A DNA stretch of 64,000 nucleotides from Lytechinus pictus. Taxonomy: Eukaryota. The DNA lies in the NCBI RefSeq assembly GCF_037042905.1, contig NC_087246.1:434001-498000 (forward strand). The letters run 5' to 3'. Each line of letters starts with the position of its first letter. The first letter of the stretch is position 1. The notes beneath the pieces were generated by a model. That model made no database searches. It was given only the letters and a program-made list of their open reading frames with translations, and was not told the DNA's origin. Below, piece by piece: positions 12,670 through 26,152 of the stretch. A program made the position numbers and the translations under genes.

Positions 12670-13762
12670 CAAATCAGACATATACCGAGTTCACCCGATT
12701 AGCAATTTATGTATTGATTTCTTGTATTAGTAGTGCTACTAATAATTAAATTAATTGGTAGATTTTAATGTATTTTATCAGTAGCTAGGTAACCTTCCAT
12801 AGAACAGCAGTGCTTCAATGGCACAACTCAGCGAGACGATCCTTCTTATCTTATTATGCTCTTAAATATTTTTTTTGTCTATTGGTGGATAAAGAAAATT
12901 AAATTCAAATTGCTCTTTGAGAAATTCACATGCTGCAGCTATCGATGGGTGTATGTGTATGGCAAACTCTTACTGTGTCACTAATCAGCTAAATGTATGA
13001 TGTGATTTTTATGATTTGACCATGATGGCGTTGGATCGTATACACATATCATGATCTCAATTGAATGCGTTTTTTAATGCTATTTTTCCTAAGAATGAAA
13101 TTATGGAAAAAAAAAATGTATGTATAATAAAGCATAATTTTGATAGACTTATTGATTACCGTTTAGATTAATTGAAGTTTTGAATTGATCCCATACAAAA
13201 GGCTCACAAAACAAGTCATTGTATATCTCACTGTGTAATAGTAAGCCTTATGGGGGAGCTTACCGGGTCAGTAATCACATGACCTCTTCTCTTTCTTTTT
13301 CATATTAAAGTTAAAACTTAGTTTAGATAGATGTAACCGGATGGGACTAACACCTGTGCTAGGTCATTTGAAAAACCGCCATCAATCAACGAGCCTTGAC
13401 GATCATGTATTCAAACAACCTACCATCATCAAACAGATAGTGGCTTACTTTGTTTGACAAAAAATAAAGTCAAAACAATAAATTCTCTTTCGTCTTTTCA
13501 TAGTCAATTCGATATGCCCTGATCATGCAGTTGTAAATATAATATACCATGACCGCGTAGAGACCTTCCTCGTTTCTATACGCTTGTGGTATAATGTTTA
13601 AAGTATCCGTTTGCTTAATATTACCAAAAAATATTTGCAAAAATCTGCATACATTAAATGTGTTTGTTTCTGTAGAAATGTTTATTTACTATGTTGCTGA
13701 ACGTTTACAGTACTACTTACATGTTCATTTGATCATGTGTAGATTTACCTTCAATTTTTGTT

Positions 13763-13845
13763 TGTGTGTGTGAGGGTGTGTGTGGGTGTGTGTGGGTGTG
13801 TAAGAAGGTGCGTGTGTGTGTGTGTAGGAAGGGTATATGTGTGTA
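13763..13845. repeat. Imperfect (GT)n microsatellite
   Basis: Directly visible. Confidence 0.85.
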
Positions 13846-14667
13846 TCTATCGAGCCTAACTACCCTGTATCAAAATAAGGTTGCTTAACAGGCTACTCAC
13901 CTCACCACGGTAAAAGACGGTTTTCCATAGATAAGATTGATTGGATCATTCACACCTTAATCATGTTATCTTGGTATAACACGACCCAGAAATTCATTTT
14001 CGTGTGCCTTATATATGATATCAATATTATAGACATTGTTTTCCATTCATTCAATTCTGTGAAATCGACAAAAAGAAAACATTTATAAATCACAACATTC
14101 TGATGTCATCTGATTAAGTTTGCCTTAAAGATTATTGTAAACTGACGATATGTTTAGCGTCATTTTAATGTACGAGACTTGACTGCATGGAATCATACAA
14201 GGGTAATGTATGTTGTATGGCTTTAATGTAGTACATGTATCATTCTCGTATGACAAATAGGCAAACATTAAAAGCACAAAGAGTTGGGTGTTTGATCCCT
14301 TGAAAATGACAGACAATAGAATCTGTGAGTGTGACTGAACTAACAACGACATTGTTGGTATCGAGGTTGCTCAATAAATTAACAGTTTGTTGGCTTCTTA
14401 TTGTACCTAAACAGGAAAACAAACTTTGATACATGAATATATTTTATTTCTTTGCTAGGACTGCTACCCATAGACATAATAGAATCAACAATAAAAGGCA
14501 TCAAATGAATACGATCATTTTTTTCCCCGTGACTGTTTATTCGATGATCATTTTTAAATGTCTCAATGATTTGCACAGCACATGCACAAAAACGAAAATG
14601 TTTTTTAAATATCCTTCACAATTAATGGAATAGCTCTAAATTCTTCCAGGGTGTTGTCAGGTCTAGG

Positions 14668-14951
14668 CAGGGAACGGATCCAGGTTTTTCCAGGGGGGGG
14701 GGGCACATTTTCCCTATAAAAATTTGACAACCGAAAAAAAGGTTTTCAGTAAAAAATGAAGGTCAAATTTGAAAAGCAAAAAAAAACCTCACTTGTTCTT
14801 GAACGATATCTTCCCATTAAATTTGTTATTGAAATATTCCTATGACTCTCAAAAGGAGGGGGGCTCACTTGTGTATAAACGACATAGTTACATTACAAAT
14901 ATTGACTATGGCTCTCAAAGGGGGGGGGGGCACTTGCCCGATCCACCACTG
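14668..14951. mobile_element. hAT-like MITE with G tracts
   Basis: cagggaacggatc / gatccaccactg ends; flanks ggtctagg / gagctagg (6/8); internal ~38-bp duplication. Confidence 0.65.
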
Positions 14952-17619
14952 GAGCTAGGGGACAGGGCAACCTAAAGGTGAATTTTTGTTTTCGCATTTT
15001 CTTAATTAATTACTAAGGTTTTCAAAGTTACACGATTTATCACTCTCTTTTTAATATGGTCCTTTACTTCTTTTTACTATTTCTTCCTTTTTCCTGCTCT
15101 TTTTAATATTCTTTAGATCTTCGAAGATCAGTTGCTCGTTACCTACCCTCCTTCATGTATCATACATAACAATTGACTCAAATGTAAGTTTCTTGAAAGA
15201 AGTTCCACACAAAATGCTATATGGATAATTAAAGAAATCATGGAGTGAGAAGTATTAAGAGCTGAATCCTAAAGGAGATAGTGATCTTTGTAACCATGGT
15301 AACTTACCAGATCCTGGACACACGATTTTTTTTATAAGTGCTTTGCTCTTTGGAAATCTTATTTTAAAAAAACACTCAAAATTGAGGTTTCAAAAGACAG
15401 GTACAACAATAATGTGATATTTCCATCAAATCTGAATTGCGATCCGTTTGAGATTATTATGGATACATAGCATACATAGTCCATATCCGAAGGACTTTGT
15501 AAATCATGCTTTATTAATGAGAATCTAAATTATTGTTTATTCTTCGTATATCCGTTTCATATATCTAAATATTATCTTGACTATAATATGATTGTTTTCA
15601 TTATCATTATTAGTATTGATATCATTTTCATTAATATCAAGATCATCATCGTAGTTGTCTTCATCATTACTTTATTCAAAATACATGTATAATGTTCTTG
15701 AGATGCACAACTTACACAAATGTTCAGTCCATGGTTCGAGACGGAATAAAAAAATATTGTCGAAGATCTATATGCACCTATTTAGTCCAAAAGTTTTAAG
15801 CCTTACTTTTTTCTATTTTGTTTTGTTATTTTTCGATCACAATGAAAGAGGGCTGTGCCACATAAGCCGCTAAACTGTAATTCAAATTGTACTCCGATAA
15901 GACTTATCAACACTTTATTACAATATATATTAAATGTACACTAACAGAGAAATAATAAACAAATCACAGATTCCAAAAAAATTGCACTTTTTGTTGAAAT
16001 TTGATCTCTATCATACATACAAAGCTTCTTATCTACTCGTCAGTTCCACCAAGTGCGGAAGTATTAAACATCTAAACACTTATGATTTCAAAGGGCCACA
16101 AAAGATTCAAAAGTTGCGGATTATTTTCGGAAAGTTTGTATTTTTAAAGCCCTGGAACCATGTTACCTCCCCGCTAATCGTCTCCCAGTTTCTTACATCA
16201 ACCAAAAGATAAAAGAGGGAGAAGAGAAGGGGGCAAAATGCCTCTAAAGTACTTTTGGTAGTTTGATCATGAGTAGCTTGGAGTGCGTGTATGATGGCGA
16301 TGCAAGTTCGCTAGTCAAACTATATAGGCCCTTTTTTGAGGGATGCCCTACGGCCGTAACTCTGGTGGTTGACTATAGCATCAAAGTAACCCGCCACAAT
16401 GCTTGCTCTAATCCAGTGCGCTCCATGCCCCACTTTGCCCCAATAGTTTTCACAACTGTTCCAAAGAAGTGGGATCAACAAGCAGTTGCAGCCAACAAAA
16501 AGCACCGAATCGGGCATAAAACGACCGAACGTTTACCCTTTTTTCAAGCAATAAATTCCTGCCTATTTTTCTCTCTTTTTATTCTTTCCTCTTTCTCTCC
16601 CTCTATCTCTCTTTTTGTGTGTTTCATGGTTACAGTCGCATGAATCGTTTCTCTCGGGGAGCTGAAGTAAGCGAGCTGGTAAGAAGAAAGCATTTGTTGA
16701 GTAGGCATACTGGCTATTGTTACGGAACTCCCATTCAACAGAGGTTTGGGAGTCCAAAAAGCCGAGTTCTGACATCTATCCCTCAGGCTATCGTCAAATA
16801 TGATTGATGATGATGGTGCCCTCTATCGGCCGCATAAACCGCATTCAGTCTCATGTTAAGACCCAACTTGATCTTGTTCAAACTAAAGTTCAGATCCAGG
16901 GTCTCCGACACCCAAAAACTCAAGACTCTAAACACCAAGACCATAATCATGTGACCAACTCAAATGCACATATTCCAGATGTTCAAGATGGATAAACCTT
17001 AGATAGTAAAAGTGAATGTGCACATATGTTATAAAGTTCCAATATTCATTCATTGATAGCTTAATTTTAAAAATAGCAATAATACTGATAATAATAATAA
17101 CAACAGCAACAAAAGTATTTCTAATAATACTTGGCTCTATAACTTAGATTGCATAAATGAATTTAATAGCCTAGAAACTAGAAACACACGATGTATCAAA
17201 CTAGGTTAATTTCAAAATACTTTCATAAATATTTACAGAGTTAGGTATTTACTGCCATCGATTAGACAAGATTGTAAAACATGACAAGCTAGGACGATGA
17301 GATCAGGGAACCTTATAGAACTTTAAATATGTAAAACTATGCAGAAGTCTTATAGGGTTATATTAATTTTTCTTAATCGTGTTAGGAAAAAAAAAATCTT
17401 CTCTCATTCATTTTGTGTATATTAACAAGATAAACCGTTCCAACTGACCTGGGAGGTATTATGGCCGCAGAATATTTTTTTTTTAATATTTACAAAATTA
17501 TATCGGTAAAAAGTCTAAAGTCATTTCCCTTGGGTTACTGACGAGGTACAGTTAAGAAAAACAAAATATGAGCTGTGGTCCCTTTAACCTTGAATCCTAG
17601 TCACCCGTGTCACTATATA

Positions 17620-17845
17620 GGTTCTTTCACATAACAGTCGAGTGTCGGTCAAGACGGTCAGTGGGTGACCGTCTTGACTGTTCTAGACCGTAGTACTGTT
17701 GTAATGTAGCCGTAGTAGACCTTAGTCGCTGACGACTGAAGTATAGCGATCAAGAACCCGGCCGTCTCTGCATTCTGTGCTGAGTGGTCAAGGAGATCAT
17801 TCACCCGTATCAACCTACTATGACTGTTGTTATATGAGATCAGCT
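17620..17845. mobile_element. Palindromic, MITE-like element with an internal perfect hairpin
   Basis: ttcacataacagtc / gactgttgttatatgaga ends; 13-bp perfect stem at 17648-17660 / 17666-17678. Confidence 0.5.
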
Positions 17846-19961
17846 TTTCATTCCTGAATGAGTAAAGCTGCCTAAAAAAAAAACATCAGCAAGGAATGAG
17901 ATGACTTTTCAATGTATACGAATCTGGCCAGATAGACTTGGGAGATGACAAACTGTTACTCCAGAAAAGGAAATGTTTAACTTCATTTATAATTTGTGAT
18001 ATAAATCTTGATGAGAATGATCACCAACGGAGGTCTGTTTTAAATATAAAATTTCATCTTCATAACATGCATAAGGGAAATAAGCTCAGTTCAAATGGAA
18101 AAAAAATGATGGAACTTTTTAGACAACCTTACAGCCTTTTGCAATGAATTTTCATAATGTTTCTCTGCTATCATGGATATAGTTTTGTATGCCATATTTT
18201 AGAATAACATTAAGAACGGTCGTGTTTGAACAAGATAAGTATCATTCATACAAGTCAATGACACCAAAGCTCCCATTCATTCTTATTATTAAATACTACA
18301 CCACCCTCACTAAAAAGACATCACAGTTAATTAAACATATATACACCACAATAGATGTGTAACAGTAAGCTAGAGCTATGGTCTGACTGAGATAGACTAA
18401 ATTTCTATTCAAGTTCATTATTTGTTGGTGTTGTTTGACACGACATGACATGATAAATGGATAGTGATTCGAACTCAATGTCATCTATTATGATCATCTA
18501 TTAGTAACTTCCAGCTCAGAAGTGCAAAGCAATTGATTCTCTTATTCCACCCTCTTTTCAAAAGAAAAAAAAAGGCTTTAGTATAGAAAGAGAGGAAAAT
18601 AGGGATGGTTTATTGGTTTGACAACCAATAGTTTCCTCAGCCCAATATGACAATACCCCACTCGAGTCATTGTTGCTTCTAGACTCTTTCGAACTATTTA
18701 CAGAAAGCAATTCAATAAGAATAAATGTACAAATGGGGGAACACGACCGATACAAGGCCATTCTTAACAAAAAATTGAGGTTCATGAGCTTTTTCGAACA
18801 GCCTTGAGGAATACAGGAGCAACAAAACAAACGCAAAGCCGAATAAACCCGGGAAAATATCTTATTCAAAAGTAGGATAATATTTTATCGATGCCGCTCT
18901 GTTAAGCGCTGACGGGCGTGGATGCCTGCAGAGGATCCATAATTCAATACAAAAATTAAAATGATGAATGATTATTGTGTGAAGAGGAGGCAGGATTAAT
19001 CGGTGGAAATAGGTATTGTTGAGTAGTGTTTAATTCTGAGGATGTTTAAAGAGAGTAAATCTCACTTGAAAGATTAAGTTGATGCTAACTGTCAGGTAGA
19101 TAGATAACAGTCAGTATACAAAACGGAAAGTGCAATGATCGCTATATAGAGGTGAAGGCAAAGTCAACCATTATGGTTGACCAAAAAAACGCAAGTCTGA
19201 CCAGAACTTTTCAGAAATATATTATATGGGGACAGAAAATGGCTTCCACTTTGAATAGTGTATTAACTCTACAAAGGGATGGAGTTAGAGACGAATACAA
19301 AAATATATTTGGTAAATGCATTTCATATGCAAATAGATTTACATCGGATTTTGTTGTATTCAACCCCAACCATTGTTCCACGAATTTAGTGTTGTTATTA
19401 TGTAAAAGTGAGAAATCGAACACCGCGTCCCTTTGCTTTCATGAAGCCATTTAAACGTTCAAATTTCCAAGTATACTAACATATAGTTTACGTCTTCATA
19501 AGATGTAGACTTATTAAATAAATTGTTTTCTGATAACGTTTATTAAAAAAACATTTATTTTCATCAAATTTCAGTTTCTTTTTATTCCATTTCAATCATT
19601 AAAAACAGAATGAGCAATATATGTCGTTTAACCGAGGTTTAAATTCAAAAGTAATGAAAGAAATGAAAACTAAAAGGTTTATAAAACTTGTAATGATGGT
19701 ATCGAAACTATCACAATATTACATAGTTTTACATGGTACATCTACAGATATTATAACCGTATATTCATATTCATCATAAAAGCCGTTTTTTACACCAAAA
19801 TGTGAAAAATTGAATTTACTTTGCAATTGACAATAGATTCGATTTTAGATTTGATTTCACTTTAACGGTGTACATTACAGTTCAAATTGAAATTTATATT
19901 TTCCTTTATTTGAAATAATACTCAAATTACGCCAATTCTCGTGGCCAGATATGATGCAATT

Positions 19962-19977
19962 GATGACGACGAAGACA

Positions 19978-20009
<32 letters not shown>

Positions 20010-20038
20010 AATGATGAAGAAGAAGATGATGATGATGA
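19962..20038. repeat. (GAT)n/(GAA)n microsatellite
   Basis: Directly visible. Confidence 0.9.
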
Positions 20039-22182
20039 GTATAGCGCCATTCATCTATTAGAATGATTCAAAGGCGCTGGCTCTCCCAATATCCTCAATG
20101 TTTATTAAGGCAAGATTTGTCACCTGTCTCTTTTGTTTAGCTTTACAAATCCAATATAAGAAAATTCCTATGTAATATCTCAATCAAAACTTGATAAAAA
20201 GGGGAGCCTCGCGACAGAACTTTTTATCTCCATAGCATTTGTTAGTGCTGCCATTTCTTGGTCACATGTGTGCACTTGTCTTGAAAATTGTTGCGATATG
20301 CTTCTAGGTCCTTGGTAGTGTTGTTTTATGTATTCCTGGAAATTTGATAAATATAAATAACTAAAACGTTTATTTGTATTGTTTGCTTGATAATTCTAAA
20401 TCATATGATAATACAATTATAAAATTGAATCCGAGTAGCGTTTTTTCTTTTATTCACTTGTACCTATATAATCTTTGTTTTCATAAAATGAGTCAGTGAA
20501 TGAGATACTAGTATTGCAATTTTCCTTAAATTTGTATTTCCGTATCTTTTTTGTATACATTTGATATCCAATCTTAGTTTGTACTACTTTTTAGTTTGTA
20601 CTACTTTGATTTTAAAACACAATATAGTTTAATTTAGGACAAGACATTAAAATATAAACCCATCCCACCCCCTCCCTCTCCCTCGCTCTCTCTCTTTCTC
20701 TCTCTCTCTCCCCCTCCCTCTCCTTCTCACTCTCTCTTTCTTTATCTCTCCGCTTTTAACATTCTGTGGCATCTTCCCTTTTCTACTATCAAATTTCTAT
20801 AAATCTATATGAACTTGCCTTTTGCCTTGCACTTTTGTCTCATATAAAAATTCTTCCAAAATATTTCAGGGCGTCTGTCTGGTTTTAGTTGTTTGTGAAG
20901 TTAGCAAACAGACCTCGACTCTTTACACTCTAGCAATGTGTCAAATACCACTAGCTTAACACCACACACTTTACTTCGTGTCATTGCTCTATATACCATT
21001 ATTTTCCTGGCCTTCTTTTACCCATTTATTTTCAACCAATTGTTTCTCCATTCAGTCACAGAATTTTTCAGTTTCCATTCCTCAATCTTATAGGTACGCA
21101 GGACTTTTTGTTCTATATTTTCTTTCTCGTTGGTCCCATTTTGGGGTTTGCTTTATCAAACCTCCTTTTCAAGCCAAACAAGGCGTGCTTTTTATCGCTC
21201 ACACAATCGACTCCAGAATATCATATCTTCCGCTTGAACGGCACCGTACAAATGCGCCATTTCTCGCGCATTTTTGTTGCGAGAACAACGACATTTCTTT
21301 CCTTTTGTCATTACACTTTATCAAGGCTGATGTACGGTGCGGAGACCTCTCCCGTCTGTAACAGTTCAAAACCCGTGGGCCTGTTTTCGCGACAGGGTCG
21401 GACCCACATAACTCGTACTTTTTTTCTCCTCCCGCTTTCAGGATAAAAATCCCTCCCATCTGCAAGGAAAAGAATCAAGACTAAGCATCATAATATTTTT
21501 GTATATAAGACTGGAGGCGTTATGAGTATGGAAGGGAGCCTATACAAGCTTTCCATGGTTAATCACAACCTCCAATCATTTGACTAATTTCTCAGACTTC
21601 CCTTTCCCGACTAATTGAGGGGGGTTAGAAAGGCACACACGCTCATAAAAATTTGATCGAACAAATTTTTCTTCGATAAACATCAAACCAACTTATGAAG
21701 TTTTAATCCGACAGGGGGCATCTGAGGAAGAGGTAGAAATACCGATAAGAGATTATCTTGCTCTATACAGCTGCATTTTATATTCATATTTGACAAAGAT
21801 AGACGCTCAGAGAGCAAAACAAAGAGTATTCAAAATTAATCATTTTTGTAGGATATTTTTTTCATAAGTACTGTATCTGCATATTGTGGCCTCAATTCGA
21901 TCTGTTCCATTGTTAAATCTTTTCATTAACATATCAGAAATTTTCAGATTTCAAACCTTTGACACATTTGTATTAGGAAATCGATCAAAATAAGGTTTCC
22001 AAATAAATACTACCGTAAAAACCACTCCTGCGTATACTAACATCAAAATTGAGGTTAAATGTTTAGAACAGTACGAATTGAATCATGCAGTATCATTGTG
22101 AATGACTGGTGTGTCACGGGAAAGAGACAATACGGAGAAGAGGAATATGGAATTGAAGACAAAGAAGAGAAAGAGTGAGAAT

Positions 22183-22375
22183 GAAAATAATAATAATAAT
22201 AATAATAAGAAGATGAAGAAGAAGAAGAAAAAGAAAAAGAAAAAAAAGAAGAAGAAGAAGAAATTAAGAAGAAGAAGGAGGAGGAGGAAGAAGATGATCA
22301 GGAGTAGAAGAAAGAGCCTGGGTGAGGAAAAGAAGAAAGATAGGATGAAGGAGAAAATGAAAAGAGAAAGGACAA
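22183..22375. repeat. (AAT)n-(AAG)n-(AGG)n purine-rich low-complexity tract
   Basis: Directly visible; source of the spurious poly-K and poly-F ORFs. Confidence 0.9.
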
Positions 22376-25218
22376 ACGATAAATACGTGAAATATATTAT
22401 GGAATATATTATTGAATTGGTAAATGAAATGGAATAAGAGAGAAACGGGAGAGAGAGGGAGAGAGAGAGCGGGGGTGTCGAGCTAAAAAAGAAGTGACCC
22501 ATTACTGAAGAAAGCATCATGGCGCCATGCGAAGAAAACAAGACCTGTTAAATACATCCTCATCTATTCAAATGAATATAGACAGTCCCAAAACACTCTG
22601 GCGAGACATTGAATCGGAGATAGTGGAAGAAGGTCCTTGTTTCAACTAATAATATGAAGTAGCACTAAGGACCATCTTGCACAGCGAAGCAATCCACTCT
22701 TCAAAATTCAACTAAATCTAATCAACGCATTCAAAACAATGAATTTCAAAAATTGAACTTGTGCCCAACGTGAAGGCTGTTATATCTCGTAAAATAGAAG
22801 CGAATGCACATTGACGACGATAGAGGGGGTAGGCTAAGAAATTAATGTCTTACAGTGCAGTGACTCTTTCTTAGTTTGGGCTGCCTGGTGGGTATTATCA
22901 CCCCGGGGCTACAGGCCTAGCAATCAAAGCTTTTCCGATGTCAGCTCCTATCATTCCCTGATGACTTTCACTTTTCCTCCCCCGAGCGAACTTGAACCTC
23001 CCGGACTCGTGTTTTCAAACTTGTTTTCCCCTCTTCGTCTCCAAATCAAATTGTATAGTTTTCCTTTCAATTACCCTTAACGAGAGGTGTAACATGGTTA
23101 AAGAAGGAAGGGGTTGGTCTTGCATGGAGGCTTTGGTATCTATCGTCGACAATCTCAGTTACACATCCATATGATGATAATCACACAAAATTTCCATATA
23201 ATTGGGCCGCGAAAGGGGTGCGAGCCCCCACTTATTTGAAACTTGTAGAAAAACGTAAACATTACCATCAAATTGTGTTTTTATGCATGTTCAGACCGCT
23301 CCTGCCCCCTTGGCTCAACTCGTCATTTTCATAATCGATCCTCGGCTACTCTGCATTTACAATCGTGTCACGCAACAAAGGTTGTAACACTGCCGTAGAA
23401 ACATGAAACATTTTCTAACAATTGAATAAAACAATGCCAAGACTTATATCAAGCTATCTGATTTTATAGTAAAACAAAATAAAACAAAAAAACTAAACTC
23501 TTGTACTTCATTTAACTTTTTTTTTCAAACCCACTGTATCTGATGGATTTTTAAAATCACCTAATTACCGAATTGCAGGAATTTCAGGGGGGGGGAATGG
23601 AATATGGGTGTCATCATATTGATAATCAAAATAATGTACGTATATATAAAGTCGCCACCTTTGAATTATTTTTGGTCAAATCTTCCCAATTTAAATGGTT
23701 TAAGGGTCATGGGTAATTTTACCTGACCTCTAAGAAATGATCAGGAATGTTTGCCTTATGAGTAAACAATCACTGGCTTGGGATAGTATCCAAGGGACAT
23801 AAATAAAGATATTATGCTTAAACATGGGAACTATTATAGCAAACCAACTTTGCCCGAGTCGTCCCGGGTCTTCAGGATTGCGAGGCCACCGCTACCATGG
23901 GCCTATCCCGGCATACTGATCTGTTAAACGCAACAACAACAAAAAATGATAAACTGAACCCCTTTATCTTTATCTTTTAGTGTTGTCAAATTGATAATTA
24001 ATTCATTCAGTTAACGTTGGATACATAGTAGGTGCAAAAATTATCTTGTGATTGTATCGACCAACATTTTTTTCCAGGGCTCAATAAAAGTTTTAGATCT
24101 CATACAAGCCCATTATAATACTATTTGAATTATTGTTTGATATTGTGAACTGACCTCAGATTTTTTGTGTAACGGGGCAAATAATAAGGTCTACATGGTG
24201 TATATTAAATATATCTGTCTACTTTGACTATTCGTTTACACTTCTGTATATTATCGGCAACATTTCTGTTCTTTATCAAATACAGTTACTCCCCCCCCCC
24301 TTCCCCCGCTCACACCTCGATTTGAGATTAGGCATATTCCATTTTGTTTTTCATGAAAGCGGTCTTAGTTTGGAAATTATGATATAATGTAAATCGGATG
24401 ATGTAAAGGAAATCAGTCGAATGTCTAACAAATCGAAACCTTAGTTGGATGAAGCAATGGATTAAATCATTCAATACCATAGCTCCGGTCGCGTCATAAT
24501 ATTTACCGAAGAAATGTCACTTATTATATTCATGGCTACTTTGATACAAAACGGGGCTCTATTCCTTCCAGATCTTCATCTTCAGAGCAACCTGTATTCT
24601 TTGCTGGAAGGAAGAGAGTCCTACCATGGACCATGTGTCTTATCAGTGTAGAATGTGACATCACTATTGTTTATTGAGAGTGGGAATCACGTCTTCACAG
24701 AGTCCATTATGTGTACACACTGTAAACACACTACGAAATACAGTGTTCTTTCCCGTATAGGGTGGAGCTGATATAAAATAAATGTCTTCATCATCTTCAT
24801 ATTACATTAAAAGTAATTATATGTTATAGTTTTCATAATGTTCATCTTCTGTTATTTCATCACAGCTTATATCTGGAAAGACAAATCAATAATTTAAAGA
24901 GATTTTTATCTTTCAATTTGGAATGATTCTAAATGATCGCATATAGATCTTTTTTTTTAAGGGGGTTGAACAATTTTTAAATCGCGTCAATGAAGTTCCA
25001 TCATCTTTCCTAAAGCTATATTCAAAATCAAGAGCAAATTTTAAATGAAGTTGATATGAATTAAAAGAGACAATCAACCAAAGCAAAACTTGAAATTTCA
25101 TGAAAACCTGATGTAAAATCTGACAGGTATTGCATATTGAAGTTTTGCATATTCGCAAAACAATACATATTTTATCCTCATAATATATTATTTATTCATA
25201 ATAACATACAAAACTATA

Positions 25219-26152
25219 TAGCAAACATAACCTGTGTGGTGTACCAATGAGGGAGCGATGGTACCATACACTCATAGCACACACAACCTGTGTGGTGTAC
25301 CAATGAGAGAGCGGTGATACCACTAGCGTACCTACGGGGGGGGGGGGGGGCAGAAATCCTTCGTTTGTGACGGTTTTGCCCCCCCTGTGAAAAATCCCAG
25401 GTACGCCACTGGGTGATACCATACACTCATAGCACACACAACCTGTGTGGTGTACCAATGACGGAGCGATGATACCATACGCTCATAGCACACACAACCT
25501 GTGTGGTGTACCAATGAGAGAGCGATGATACCATACACTCATAGCACACACAACCTGTGTGGTGTACCAATGACGGAGCGATGATACCATACACTCATAG
25601 CACTCACAACCTGTGTGGTGTACCAATGAGAGAGCGATAATACCATACGCTCATAGCCCACACAACCTGTGTGGTGTACCAATGAGGGAGCGATGATACC
25701 ATACACTCATAGCACACACAACATGTGTGGTGTACCAATGAGGGAGCGATTATACCATACACTCATAGCACACACCCTGTGTGGTGTACCAATGAGGGAG
25801 CGATGATACCATACACTCATAGCACACACAACCTGTGTGGTGTACCAATGAGGGAGCGATGATACCATACACTCATAGCACACACCCTGTGTGGTGTACC
25901 AATGAGGGAGCGATGATACCATACACTCATAGCACACACAACCTGTGTGGTGTACCAATGAGGGAGCGATGATACCATACACTCATAGCACACACCCTGT
26001 GTGGTGTACCAATGAGAGAGTGATGATACCATACACTCATAGCACACACAACCTGTGTGGTGTACCAACGAGGGAGCGATGATACCATACACTCATAGCA
26101 CACACAACCTGTGTGGTGTACCAATGAGAGAGCGATGATACCATACACTCAT
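25219..26152 (+). repeat. Minisatellite, 15 units of 56/54 bp (cctgtgtggtgtaccaatgagggagcgatgataccatacactcatagcacacacaa)
   Basis: Unit starts at 25231, 25287, 25442, 25498 ... 26108. Lengths alternate 54/56 at 25722-26052. Confidence 0.97.
25321..25411. mobile_element. 91-bp minimal hAT-like MITE inside the minisatellite
   Basis: Ends cactagcgtacct / aggtacgccactg; perfect 8-bp TSD ggtgatac (25313-25320 and 25412-25419). Unit spacing there is 155 = 56+91+8. Confidence 0.95.

Noticed and set aside
13861..13882. miR-10-like start taccctgta
   Set aside because: Only 9 nt match, the rest diverges, and there is no convincing hairpin.
16263..16995. Cluster of overlapping ORFs as a gene
   Set aside because: No recognisable domain, the ORFs run into a CT tract, and there is no coherent exon structure. 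Better explained as a GC-richer non-coding island.
22083..22541. Poly-Lys and poly-Phe ORFs
   Set aside because: Microsatellite translation.
25219..26152. CRISPR array or Cys/His-rich repeat protein
   Set aside because: Units are contiguous with no unique spacers and there are no cas genes. The 56-bp period is not a multiple of 3, so the ORFs are artefacts.
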